A stretch of DNA of 64,000 nt from Alkalispirochaeta sp. (GTDB taxonomy: Bacteria; Spirochaetota; Spirochaetia; DSM-27196; Alkalispirochaetaceae). The DNA lies in NCBI GenBank assembly GCA_965601925.1, contig OZ271854.1, forward strand, positions 640,001 through 704,000. The letters run 5' to 3'. The notes under the pieces were generated by a model. That model searched no databases and was not told the DNA's origin. It saw nothing but the letters and a program-made list of their open reading frames with translations. Both the position numbers and the translations under genes were made by a program. This document shows, one piece after another, positions 48,285 to 58,104 of this stretch (its first letter is position 1; the number at the start of each line of letters is the position of its first letter).

Positions 48285-50396
48285 ATGAATTCGGCTACTG
48301 TACGAGGGCGACTTGAGTTAAAAATTCTCATTCCTGTCTTACTCGTCATCGCAGTCAGCATGGCGGCGCTCGGCGTTCTGAGCTTCCGGGAAACGCGTAT
48401 CAGACTAGAAAGCGATGTCGTTCCGGACTTTGTACGGGCGATCGCCGGTGACGCGAAGGGGTCGGTGGAGGCGACGATCGCGAGGGCGATCGAGACGAGT
48501 TTTGTCCTTTCCGAGGACGCGACGATCATCGAATGGATTCGTCAGGGCGAGCCCGAAGGGCTACTGCAGGATCTTATCCTCTCACGACTCGACCAACTCA
48601 CGGTGACGCAGGACTATTTCACGACCTTTCTCGTGAGCGAACGGACCAACAATTACTGGGCGGACGACTTCCGACTTCTCGAGGTCGTCAGCCGCGGCGA
48701 TCCGGACGACGGCTGGTTCTTCGAAGCTCTTGCCATGCCGAGTGACTACGTTCTCAATCTCGACTACAACCGGGAACTCGGAAACACCTTCTTGTTCGTA
48801 AACGTGCCGATCGAAATAGACGGTCGGCGGGCGGGAGTGACCGGGGTCGGCCTCGACGTCTCCTCGGTTGTGCCGACCGAGACGATCGTCGCGGGCGGAG
48901 AGCTCTTTCTGGTATCTTCCGAGGGCTCCATCCTTGCCGCCGCCGATCCGACCTTTGCCGGTCGGGCAATCGCCGAGCTCATACCGGAGGTCTCCACGGA
49001 CGTGATCGTCTCGGAGGAGGCCATCCACACCGCCAGAATCGCCGAGGACGGCGCCGCCGACAGCGACATATTCGCATCGGCCCGACAAATACTCGACAGC
49101 CCGTACTATCTCGTCGCCACTATGCCGACGTCGCTTCTGGACCGGACGCTGTTCGGCATACGAAACGTGACGCTCGTCATTGCGTTAATTGCGACGCTCG
49201 CGGCGATATTGATCCTACGCTTCCTCATTCGCTCTTCGGTGCGGGGCGTCATCGAGGTATCACGTCAACTGGGGGAGATCGCCTCCGGCGAGGCGGATCT
49301 GTCCAAGAAGCTCGTCGTTCGGAGCGGAAACGAGGTCGGCGTGCTCGCCCGTCGTTTCAACGGTTTTGTGACGACGCTGGCCGATTTGGTACAGAGTGTC
49401 ATGGACGACACAACCGCGCTTACCAACGAACGGGATGCTGCGGCGACCGGCGCAACCGAGACCGCCGCCTCGGTCCGGCAGATTACCGCCAACATCACCA
49501 CCGTTTCCGGCTCGGTAGACCGCCTGCACGCCTCAATCGAGGAGACGGTACAGCGTCTCGATCGCATCACCGAAGCGATCGGGTCGATGGAACGGCAGAT
49601 CAACACCCAAGTGAGCGCTATCGAGGAGACCTCGGCATCGGTCGAACAGATGAACGCCCAGTCCGAAAGTATCCGCGCGACGGCGCATAGGCGGGCCGGC
49701 GAGGCGGAGGAGCTGACCGTGGCGGTGGGGCGCAGCTCGGGCCACTTAGAGGATCTGTCCCGAAAGGCGCAGGAGCTTGCCCACCGGACCGACCAAATGC
49801 TCGAAGCGACCAATGTGATAAACGGTATCGCGGCGCAGACGAATCTCCTCTCGATGAACGCCGCCATCGAGGCGGCCCACGCCGGCGAAGCGGGGCGCGG
49901 ATTTTCCGTAGTAGCCGAAGAGATACGAAAACTCGCCGAGACCTCCGCATCGAACTCCAAAGTGATCCAGGAGAGTCTGCGGGGAAGCGTCGACATGATC
50001 CGCGAGATCAACGATTCGTCGGTGACGATGCAACAGACATTCGGCTCGGTCACCAACACCACGAAGAGCACACGCGACGCCTTTGCCGAGATCGAGAGCA
50101 CCGTCTCCGAACTTTCGGTCGGGATGAGTGAGATTACTACGGCTGTGGTGTCGATCCGCGACGCCATTCTCTCGATCGATGAGCAATCCAAGCAGGTAAG
50201 CGCGCTCACCGGCGAGATCATCGAGCTCAATCGGACCAATAACACGATCGGGTCGGAAGTACAGGGAGCGATACGCGAAATCACCAATGATACGCAGCAG
50301 ATTGACGACGCCGTCGCCGGGCTCAACACGATCCTGGGAGAACTCGACAAGCGCGTCAACGGAATCTGCGACAAAGTGAGCCGGTTCCGTACCTAA
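48285..50396 (+). CDS. Methyl-accepting chemotaxis protein with periplasmic Cache-like domain
   Basis: Two TMs, HAMP, QTNLLSMNAAIEAAHAGEAGRGFSVVAEEIRKLAE; GGAGG RBS. Confidence 0.93.
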   Translation: MNSATVRGRLELKILIPVLLVIAVSMAALGVLSFRETRIRLESDVVPDFVRAIAGDAKGSVEATIARAIETSFVLSEDATIIEWIRQGEPEGLLQDLILSRLDQLTVTQDYFTTFLVSERTNNYWADDFRLLEVVSRGDPDDGWFFEALAMPSDYVLNLDYNRELGNTFLFVNVPIEIDGRRAGVTGVGLDVSSVVPTETIVAGGELFLVSSEGSILAAADPTFAGRAIAELIPEVSTDVIVSEEAIHTARIAEDGAADSDIFASARQILDSPYYLVATMPTSLLDRTLFGIRNVTLVIALIATLAAILILRFLIRSSVRGVIEVSRQLGEIASGEADLSKKLVVRSGNEVGVLARRFNGFVTTLADLVQSVMDDTTALTNERDAAATGATETAASVRQITANITTVSGSVDRLHASIEETVQRLDRITEAIGSMERQINTQVSAIEETSASVEQMNAQSESIRATAHRRAGEAEELTVAVGRSSGHLEDLSRKAQELAHRTDQMLEATNVINGIAAQTNLLSMNAAIEAAHAGEAGRGFSVVAEEIRKLAETSASNSKVIQESLRGSVDMIREINDSSVTMQQTFGSVTNTTKSTRDAFAEIESTVSELSVGMSEITTAVVSIRDAILSIDEQSKQVSALTGEIIELNRTNNTIGSEVQGAIREITNDTQQIDDAVAGLNTILGELDKRVNGICDKVSRFRT

Positions 50397-50434
50397 GCGC
50401 GGTGCAGGAGCGTCGCGATGACGTCGGCGGTGCG

Positions 50435-51757
50435 CTATCCGCGCTTCCGAAACGCTCCGGGCGTCGATCCGGTCTCGCGACGAAAGGCGAGAGTGAGGTG
50501 GCTTTGGTCGACGAACCCTGAGAGTTCGGCGATGTCACCGATGGAGAGGCGAGTGCCGATCAAGAGATCTTGCGCACGTCGCACCCGAGTGCGTCGAACG
50601 TAGCCGGAGAAGGTCTCGCCCATCTCGCGCGAAAACACGCGACTGAGATACCCGGCTGAGACGCCGACAAGCCCCGCCGCGGCCGTGAGACTGATGCGGC
50701 CGCGGTAGGAGTCCTCCACATAGTCCAGGACGCGACGGAGCATCGTCGTGTGGACCGTACCGGCGGGAAGACGGAGTACCGAACCGGTGAATCCGCGCAC
50801 GATACGCGCCATCCAATGCGCGACATCGTTGATATCCTCGAGCCCGTTCAACTCATCGAGGGCGCGATAGTTGAATCCGAAGACGCGATTGGCGTCGGCC
50901 CCGCGGGCGATGACGATACGGGAGAGAAGGATCACAATCTCGCGAGCGCGAATCTTGATGCGCTCCAGATCGGCACCGAGGGTGAAAAACACGTGCCCCA
51001 ATAACTCGTTGAGAAGCGCCTGGGCGCGCTCCCCCTCCCCGGAGCGTATCGCATCCAAGAGCGCCGCTTCGGTTTCTAGCGGGTAGGTCGGAATTCCCGC
51101 TTGGAGCCCCCGCTCGCGACGATACTCTTTAAGCTCCTGAATGTACTCGTTGATCCGCGACTCTCGTTCGAGGCGCTCCGGTCGCGAATCTGTCGCCGGC
51201 GCATCCGTGAGACTGAGAGAAGCGCGATACAGTTGTCGCGAGAGGGCCTCCACTCGGGCGGCGCCGACGAGGGGAATCGCCGCATACATCTCCCGCAGAC
51301 TCGCTTCTTGTGCACGAGCCACACTCTCCGACCGTCGTCGTAGAGGCGCCAGGACATCACCCTCGAAGGTGGCGTCTCCTTCGGCGACGCGCACCGGACC
51401 GCCCACGAGGGTAGCGACGATTCGCGCCCCGGAACGGATCGGCACGACCCAGTGCATGAGGTTACTCCGACAGAGAAATATCTGTCTGCCACCGACGTTG
51501 TCGGCCTGTTCGGCCCGATGGGCATGGTCCACCGCCAGGAGACGGCGATCGGGAATCGCCCCGGCGGCCAAACGACACATCCAGCACGGGTAGTCGCGCA
51601 ACCGCACCGGGTAGAGCACCTCACCGTGCGGATCGACGAGACTACACGGAACGGCGGTCGCAACGGCGGTCTCCCGCGCAACGGAGATCGCGTCGCTTAG
51701 GGAAAATGACCGATCCCGGCGTCCGAGTTCTCCGGTTTCGGTACGATCTTGTGTCAT
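50435..51757 (-). CDS. AraC family regulator with PocR-like ligand-binding domain
   Basis: PCWMC...IFLCRSNLMHWVVPI...LVGGPV PocR pattern; C-terminal YLSRVF...GFVDQSH..F...G.TP. Confidence 0.85.
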   Translation of the reverse strand: MTQDRTETGELGRRDRSFSLSDAISVARETAVATAVPCSLVDPHGEVLYPVRLRDYPCWMCRLAAGAIPDRRLLAVDHAHRAEQADNVGGRQIFLCRSNLMHWVVPIRSGARIVATLVGGPVRVAEGDATFEGDVLAPLRRRSESVARAQEASLREMYAAIPLVGAARVEALSRQLYRASLSLTDAPATDSRPERLERESRINEYIQELKEYRRERGLQAGIPTYPLETEAALLDAIRSGEGERAQALLNELLGHVFFTLGADLERIKIRAREIVILLSRIVIARGADANRVFGFNYRALDELNGLEDINDVAHWMARIVRGFTGSVLRLPAGTVHTTMLRRVLDYVEDSYRGRISLTAAAGLVGVSAGYLSRVFSREMGETFSGYVRRTRVRRAQDLLIGTRLSIGDIAELSGFVDQSHLTLAFRRETGSTPGAFRKRG

Positions 51758-51820
51758 GAAAATACCATTTCGAGCAAAATCATTATAGCATGATTTCCAA
51801 ACTGGGCCGACAATACCGCC

Positions 51821-52582
51821 ATGCGGTACAAGGTCATCGCGTGCAGTGTGTTCTCTCGCGAAATCGCCATGATCGGCGCTCATTCTGATTCGATCGTCGA
51901 TACCGTGTGGATCCGTCAAGGTTTGCATAACTATCCCGATCTACTGCGGGCGGAAATCCAACGCGAAATAGACCGCGCCGAAGAGGAGGATGAAGGTCTC
52001 GATCGCATCACGCACCCGCCGGAGGGATACGCGGCGATCATCCTCGGCTTCGGCCTCTGCTCCGGAGCCGTCGCCGGACTTCGCGCTCGCCGCCTCCCGT
52101 TGGTGATCCCCCGCAGTCACGACTGCATCGCCATTCTGCTCGGTTCGCACCGTCGCTACACGGGGGAGTTCGCCGCGAATCCCGGGACCTACTGGTTCAG
52201 TCCCGGATGGATCGAGCACTCGACGTTTCCCTGCGGCGCCCAATGCTCGCTCCTGAAGACGCGCCTTGCCGAGCGGTACGGCGAGGACAATGCGGCATAC
52301 TTGGTGCAACTGGAGCGCGACGCCCTCCAATCGTACTCACGCGCGGCACTCATCTGTTGGCCGCAGCTCGACCGCGACCGCTATCACCGACGAGTTGAGG
52401 AGGTCGCCCGCGACTTCGGCTGGCAGTCGGCTACGATTTCGGGCGACAAGGGCCTCCTCGAACGCCTCCTCGCAGGGCAATGGAACTCCGAGGAGGTACT
52501 CGTGTGCCCCGTCGGGAGCACGCCGGAGATGGGAGGCGAAGAGGTGATTCGCTGCGGAGAGGGGACGGTCTCCGATGGCTGA
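51821..52582 (+). CDS. DUF1638 domain protein
   Basis: IACSVF.RE, GLHNYP, LGFGLCSG, PRSHDCIAILLGS, PGTYWFSPGW. Confidence 0.88.
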   Translation: MRYKVIACSVFSREIAMIGAHSDSIVDTVWIRQGLHNYPDLLRAEIQREIDRAEEEDEGLDRITHPPEGYAAIILGFGLCSGAVAGLRARRLPLVIPRSHDCIAILLGSHRRYTGEFAANPGTYWFSPGWIEHSTFPCGAQCSLLKTRLAERYGEDNAAYLVQLERDALQSYSRAALICWPQLDRDRYHRRVEEVARDFGWQSATISGDKGLLERLLAGQWNSEEVLVCPVGSTPEMGGEEVIRCGEGTVSDG

Positions 52583-54185
52583 GGCTACTCGCGGTCGAGG
52601 CGAGGTAACGATAGCGCCGGGAGAGAGTCGCCCCGGCGCAACGGTGCTCGAAGCGCTCGTCGATAACGGGCATGCAGTCCCTCCCGCCCCTTGCGGCGGC
52701 CGAGGGCGCTGCGGTAAGTGCGTCGTAACGATCCCCGATACGCCACCGGAGCCGAGCGACGCAGATACGCGTTTTTTGTCACGTCGGGATCTCGCCGTCG
52801 GCGACCGCTTAGCGTGCGTTTGCCCGGCCGCCGGAGTAACGCGTGTGATCGTGCCGCATCAATACCGAAAAGCGCTTCCAAAGAGCGCCGTCCCGACCTT
52901 CACGACCCCGCCGACGGTCTGGCGACGAGCGCGGAACGAGGGCGCGTACGCGGTAGCGGTCGACATCGGAACGACCACCGTCGCCGTGTATCTCTTCGAT
53001 ACGGCAGCGGGGAACGTGGTTGATGCGGCGGCGGCGATCAATCGTCAAACGGTATACGGCGCCGACATTGTGAGTCGCATCACCTATAGCGAGGAGGGCG
53101 CCGTAGCCCTGGGACGACTCTCAAGGGCGATCAGGGTGCAGCTGGCCGCGATGATCGAGACGCTGTGCGCCGCTCACGGGATCGATACGCGAGAGCTCGG
53201 CACCGCCGCGGTTACGGGCAATACGACGATGCTTCACCTTCTCGCGGGTGTGAGTCCGGCGGGCATGGGACGCGCTCCCTTTCAACCCGCGTTCGTCGCC
53301 CTCAGAGAGGTACGCCCCACCGATCTCGGCCTTCCCCTCGTCGGGACGGTCTTTCTACTGCCCTCGCAGACGGCGTACGTCGGAGCCGATATCGTGAGCG
53401 CCGCAGTCGCGGCCGACATGGATCGCAGCGAGCACACGACCCTCCTTGCCGACATCGGCACCAATGGAGAGCTCGCCCTCGGCCACGCCGGCAAGATCTA
53501 CACGTGCGCGACTGCAGCCGGCCCCGCGTTTGAGGGCGCCTCCATCGGCGCGGGGGTGGGCGGCGTCGCCGGCGCGATCGTATCGTGGCGTCGAGAGGGA
53601 GAGCGGTTCGCCTACGACACGATCGGTGACGAGCCGGTCGTCGGTATATGCGGCGCCGGCCTTCTGGACATTATCGCGACGCTCTTGGTGGACGGCGTCG
53701 TAGACGAGACGGGGCGTATCGCCCGCAGGGAGGATGTTGAGGCGTTCGGAGACGAAGGAGCCCGCACGGCGTGGCGAGACCGACTCGAAGGCGACGGGAC
53801 ACTACGCATCGGCGGACACTATCGGTTGACTCAGCATGATGTGAGAGAGGTGCAGCTCGCCACCGCGGCGATCGCCGCAGGCATCGACGTACTGTGCGCC
53901 GAAGTCGGCATCGCTCCCGCGGCGATAGAGCGTGTCGTGCTCACCGGAGGGTTCGGAAACCATCTGAGCGTCGGGAGCGCCGTCGCAATAGGACTTCTGC
54001 CGGCGTTGCCGCGCGATCGATTCGTCACCATCGACAACGCCGCCGGACGCGGGGCGGTGGAAGTGCTGCGCCGGGAGGGCACGCTGGAGCGACTCGTCGA
54101 GCTCTCGGCGACGGCACGCTACATAGCGTTAAGCGGCCACGCGCTCTTTCAGAAGCGTTACATCGAACACATGATTTTTCCTTGA
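52575..54185 (+). CDS. Reductive activator of corrinoid proteins (RACo; 2Fe-2S + ASKHA/DUF4445)
   Basis: CGGRGRCGKC...RLAC; DIGTTT, YGADIVSRI, GNTTM, DIGTNGE, AAGPAFEG. Confidence 0.9.
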   Translation: MAEATRGRGEVTIAPGESRPGATVLEALVDNGHAVPPAPCGGRGRCGKCVVTIPDTPPEPSDADTRFLSRRDLAVGDRLACVCPAAGVTRVIVPHQYRKALPKSAVPTFTTPPTVWRRARNEGAYAVAVDIGTTTVAVYLFDTAAGNVVDAAAAINRQTVYGADIVSRITYSEEGAVALGRLSRAIRVQLAAMIETLCAAHGIDTRELGTAAVTGNTTMLHLLAGVSPAGMGRAPFQPAFVALREVRPTDLGLPLVGTVFLLPSQTAYVGADIVSAAVAADMDRSEHTTLLADIGTNGELALGHAGKIYTCATAAGPAFEGASIGAGVGGVAGAIVSWRREGERFAYDTIGDEPVVGICGAGLLDIIATLLVDGVVDETGRIARREDVEAFGDEGARTAWRDRLEGDGTLRIGGHYRLTQHDVREVQLATAAIAAGIDVLCAEVGIAPAAIERVVLTGGFGNHLSVGSAVAIGLLPALPRDRFVTIDNAAGRGAVEVLRREGTLERLVELSATARYIALSGHALFQKRYIEHMIFP

Positions 54186-54195
54186 GGAGGAGACT

Positions 54196-54834
54196 ATGAG
54201 TATCGCAGCGATCTCGGAGGCGTTGCAGAGGGGTAAGGCAAAGGACGTGGAGACGCTCGTGCGGGAACAGATCGATGCCGGCGTCCCGGCGAAGGAAATT
54301 CTGGAGGGCGGCCTGATGGCGGGTATGGATGTCGTAGGTCGCCGCTTCAAGGCCAACGAAATCTACGTACCGGAGGTGTTGATCGCGGCCCGGGCCATGA
54401 CGGCCGGCATCACATTGCTCAAGCCGTTGTTGATCGAGGAGGCGGTTCAAGCGCGGGGCACGATCGTCATCGGTACGGTCAAAGGAGACCTCCATGACAT
54501 CGGCAAGAATCTCGTGAAGATGATGATGGAGGGCAAGGGCTTCAATGTCGTCGATCTCGGGACCGATGTTTCGGCCGATACGTTCGTCGCCGCGGCCACG
54601 GAGCATGACGCCGATATTATCTGTTGCTCCGCGCTCCTTACGACCACGATGATGGAGATGAAGAGCGTCGTGGCCGGGGTGGAAACGGCGGGGTTGCGCG
54701 ACGCAATCAAGATTATGGTGGGGGGTGCACCGATCACGCAAGAGTACGCCGATACGATCGGTGCCGACGCCTATTCACCGGACGCGGCCAGCGCCGCGGA
54801 AAGGGCGCTCGAGCTGGTCGACGCGGCGTCGTAG
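54196..54834 (+). CDS. Methyltransferase-associated corrinoid protein (MttC/MtaC-like)
   Basis: GTVKGDLHDIGKNLV (DxHxxG), SALLTTTM, VGGAP. Confidence 0.93.
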   Translation: MSIAAISEALQRGKAKDVETLVREQIDAGVPAKEILEGGLMAGMDVVGRRFKANEIYVPEVLIAARAMTAGITLLKPLLIEEAVQARGTIVIGTVKGDLHDIGKNLVKMMMEGKGFNVVDLGTDVSADTFVAAATEHDADIICCSALLTTTMMEMKSVVAGVETAGLRDAIKIMVGGAPITQEYADTIGADAYSPDAASAAERALELVDAAS

Positions 54835-54930
54835 GAGGCGCGATCGCGGCGGAGGTTCGGCGCCGAGTCTCTACCGCGCCGTGAAGTCACATAACGAAGC
54901 GCCACATTCAATCTCACACGGAGGAACACG

Positions 54931-56277
54931 ATGACGGGAAGGGAACGCATTTTCAATACGTTCGACCACACACCGGTGGACTGCGTACCGTGGGTACCTT
55001 TTGCGGGCGTTCACGCGGGCAAGCTCATCGGCGAAAGCGCGCGCGCGGTCTACACCGACCGAGCGCTCCTGATACGTTCGCTCGAGGAGGCGCATCGCCT
55101 GTATCGCCCCGACGGATTGCCGATCATGTTCGATCTACAGATCGAGGCGGAGATTTTGGGGTGCGATCTACTGTGGAGCGAGGACGCACCACCGACGGTC
55201 ATATCGCATCCTTTGGAGGATGACGACGATATTCCGGCCGTGCTCCCGAAGGCGGAAGACGGCCGCCTCTCGATGGCTCTTGCGGCGACACGCCACATGA
55301 AAAAACGCATCGGCGGTGAGACGGCGCTGTACGGACTCTTCTGCGGCCCCTTCACTCTTGCCTCTCACCTGCGCGGCACCGCCATCTTCATGGATATGTT
55401 CGACGATCCGGACTACGTCCATCGCCTTCTGTCCTATACCACCGACGTGTGCGAGGTGATGGTCGGCCACTACGTCGATGCGGGCGCCGACGTGTTGGCC
55501 GCGGTAGACCCTTTGGTCTCGCAGATATCGCCGGACCACTTCGCCGAGTTCCTCGCATCCCCGTTTCGTCGCGTCTTCTCGTCGATTCGCGACCGCGGCG
55601 CCAAGTCGTCGTTTTTCGTGTGCGGCGACGCGACACGCAACATCGAGGTGATGTGCGGGACGCATCCGGACGGCATCTCGGTCGACGAGAACATCAACTT
55701 ACCCGAAGCAAAAAAGATCACCGACGCCCACGACATCGTCATCGGCGGCAATATTCCTCTCGCGTCGGTGATGCTATTCGGTAACCAGCAGGACTGTATG
55801 AAGGTGGTAATCGACGAGTTGGACTCGGTTGATCACACCAATTTGATCGTGAGTCCCGGCTGCGACATGCCGTACGACGTTGCGATCGAAAACGCGGTGG
55901 CGTGCGAACAGGCGGTTCATCAGACCGAGCAATCCCGAAGGCTCGTTGCGAACTACACACAAGAGCTCCCCGACATCGCCGTCGCCATCCCCGACTACGG
56001 CGCCCTCTCCCGTCCATTCGTCGAGGTGTTTACCATCGACTCCGACACGTGTGCAGCGTGTACGTACATGTTCCGTTCCGCAATGACCGCCAAGGAGCGT
56101 TACGGAGACGGTATCGATGTGGTGGAATACAAAGCGACCCGGATCGAAAACATCGTGCGTCTCAAGAAGATGGGAGTCAAGCAGTTGCCGAGCATCTATA
56201 TTAACGGCCGCCTCGCATTCGAGTCGATTATTCCGGGACCCAACGCGCTGGACGCGGCGATCGACGCGGTACGATGA
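54931..56277 (+). CDS. UroD-fold (MtaA/CmuA-like) methyltransferase with C-terminal thioredoxin-like domain
   Basis: FDLQIEAE.LGC, GPFTLA..LRG, GGNIP, SPGCDMP; C-terminal TCAAC...LPSIYING. Confidence 0.85.
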   Translation: MTGRERIFNTFDHTPVDCVPWVPFAGVHAGKLIGESARAVYTDRALLIRSLEEAHRLYRPDGLPIMFDLQIEAEILGCDLLWSEDAPPTVISHPLEDDDDIPAVLPKAEDGRLSMALAATRHMKKRIGGETALYGLFCGPFTLASHLRGTAIFMDMFDDPDYVHRLLSYTTDVCEVMVGHYVDAGADVLAAVDPLVSQISPDHFAEFLASPFRRVFSSIRDRGAKSSFFVCGDATRNIEVMCGTHPDGISVDENINLPEAKKITDAHDIVIGGNIPLASVMLFGNQQDCMKVVIDELDSVDHTNLIVSPGCDMPYDVAIENAVACEQAVHQTEQSRRLVANYTQELPDIAVAIPDYGALSRPFVEVFTIDSDTCAACTYMFRSAMTAKERYGDGIDVVEYKATRIENIVRLKKMGVKQLPSIYINGRLAFESIIPGPNALDAAIDAVR

Positions 56278-57530
56278 GGAAGACACCGACGCGGCAAGGG
56301 GACAGGGGGTCTCGCCTCGCCGCGAAACGAGATACAGACCCCCTGCCGATCGTACACTTCGTAGGTGGATTTCTGGGTAGCGGGAAAACGACCTCAATCG
56401 TCGGTGCGTGTCGTCGCCTCGCGGCCCGAGGCGTTCGCACCGCCATCGTCACCAACGACCAGGGACGCCGACAGGTAGACGAAGCCTTTGCCCGTTCGGC
56501 GGGCGTACCGGCGGTCGGCGTGAGTGACGGATGCCTCTGCTGTCGCTACGACGACTTCGAGACGCGCCTTTTCGATGTGGCACACGAGGCGCGGCCGGAA
56601 GTGATTTTTGCCGAATCGGTGGGTTCGTGCGCCGATATCGTCGCGACGGTCGTGAAGCCCTTTGCGGCGTTTCGCGCAGCCCACCGACCTCGGGGGGTGC
56701 TCAGCAGCTTCGTCGACATTCGCTTGGTCGAGGCGCGCCTCTCGGGCGTGCGCCTGCCGTTCAGCGACAATGTGTTGTACATCTTCGACAAGCAGTTGGA
56801 GGAGGCGGACCTCATCGTGGTGAACAAGCGCGACCGATACGACCTCGACAGAGGGGAGGCGGTACGAACGCTGGTCCGAGAACGCTATCCGGAGAGCACG
56901 GTGCTGCTCCAGAGCGCCTTTGAGGAGTCGGATCTGGAACGTTGGCTTACCGCTCTCGATGAGGGCGTCGACACCCACGAGACCGTCACCGCTCACAAAG
57001 GCGGCCGCCGGCTATCGCCCGCGGAGGTCAAAAAGCCGGCGATGCGCGCCGCATCGAGCCGCACGCCGTTCGCGCTCGACTACGAGCGATATGCAGCCGG
57101 TGAACGGGAAATGGCGTGGCTCGATGAGGAGATCGCAATCGACGCACCGGTGCCCCTCGGGGCGGTATCGGCGTTCTTCTCCGCCCTGGTGGGGCTAACT
57201 CGCGACGGTGGGGCGACGATTGCCCACATCAAATGCCACGTCACGGCGGCGGCCACACATTACAAACTGAGTTGGACGGTCGGGGATGAGTTCACGGAGC
57301 ACCGCGGCGAGGCTCCGCGAACGGTCGACAGGGAGACGATGGGGACGGAAGAACTGGTCGCGCCGATACGCGTAACGGTGAACGTTCGCGCCGTCGCCGC
57401 GCCGCATACGCTTGAAGCCGCAGTCGACGGCGCCGTAGCGGTCTTTACCGACGCCGGAATCGCCGCACGTTCGGAGGGACGCGACGTCTTCCGCCCGGGA
57501 TATCCCGAGCCTGTGCATCGTATGACGTAG
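56274..57530 (+). CDS. CobW/G3E-family P-loop GTPase metallochaperone
   Basis: GGFLGSGKTT, TNDQG, GCLCC, ESVGSCAD, NKRD, HIKC. Confidence 0.88.
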   Translation: MRKTPTRQGDRGSRLAAKRDTDPLPIVHFVGGFLGSGKTTSIVGACRRLAARGVRTAIVTNDQGRRQVDEAFARSAGVPAVGVSDGCLCCRYDDFETRLFDVAHEARPEVIFAESVGSCADIVATVVKPFAAFRAAHRPRGVLSSFVDIRLVEARLSGVRLPFSDNVLYIFDKQLEEADLIVVNKRDRYDLDRGEAVRTLVRERYPESTVLLQSAFEESDLERWLTALDEGVDTHETVTAHKGGRRLSPAEVKKPAMRAASSRTPFALDYERYAAGEREMAWLDEEIAIDAPVPLGAVSAFFSALVGLTRDGGATIAHIKCHVTAAATHYKLSWTVGDEFTEHRGEAPRTVDRETMGTEELVAPIRVTVNVRAVAAPHTLEAAVDGAVAVFTDAGIAARSEGRDVFRPGYPEPVHRMT

Positions 57531-57561
57531 CATAGGCACCGTTGCGTCGGCCGTCGCGGGC

Positions 57562-57954
57562 TCAAACGTCCGTAAACGCCGCCCTTCTTCCAAATGATCC
57601 CGGCACCGGAGCGTCGCACCAACACGACGAGCATCCGTCGGTATGCAGATACAACGTGATCGGTTCTCCTGGATCGACGGCATCGAGATACGCGAATGAT
57701 CGATTGAGGCGTTGCGCGGCGGCCTCGTCGAGATCGCCGATCAGAAACAGCTGCCGGTTGCGCAGAACCGGGTCATTATAGTCAATCTCCGGTTCCAAGA
57801 AGCCTTCCAAGTATAACTGCTCTACCGCCGCCGCAACGGTTTGCGTCGTAATGTCTATGGAACTCATACCGTCGTTCGACGTGCATCCACCCAAGACGGC
57901 CGTCGCAAGGACGGCGACTACGGGCCGAATAACTCGGTATACCACTCCTATCAT
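57562..57954 (-). pseudogene. Truncated ClpP-like lipoprotein (N-terminal part only)
   Basis: Lipobox VLGGC; LRNRQLFLIGDLD...AYLDAVDPGEPITLYLHTDG aligns by eye to the ClpP N-terminus and stops before the catalytic Ser. Confidence 0.6.
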
Positions 57955-58104
57955 CCTTTCCGACGGCACCACTCGTCCTGTGAACAGACGCGGCGTCACC
58001 ATGCCATACGAAGATCGGCGCATTACAGTAGCATTCATTTCAACAATAAAAGAATACTATTTTCTATTTGTTATACCGATCGAACGTCTCACTTCATACG
58101 CTAC

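Noticed and set aside
51757..54930. Cobalamin riboswitch or pyrrolysine/selenocysteine recoding in the corrinoid operon
   Set aside because: Intergenic gaps are too short and lack a B12 box; all ORFs are complete without in-frame TAG/TGA readthrough.
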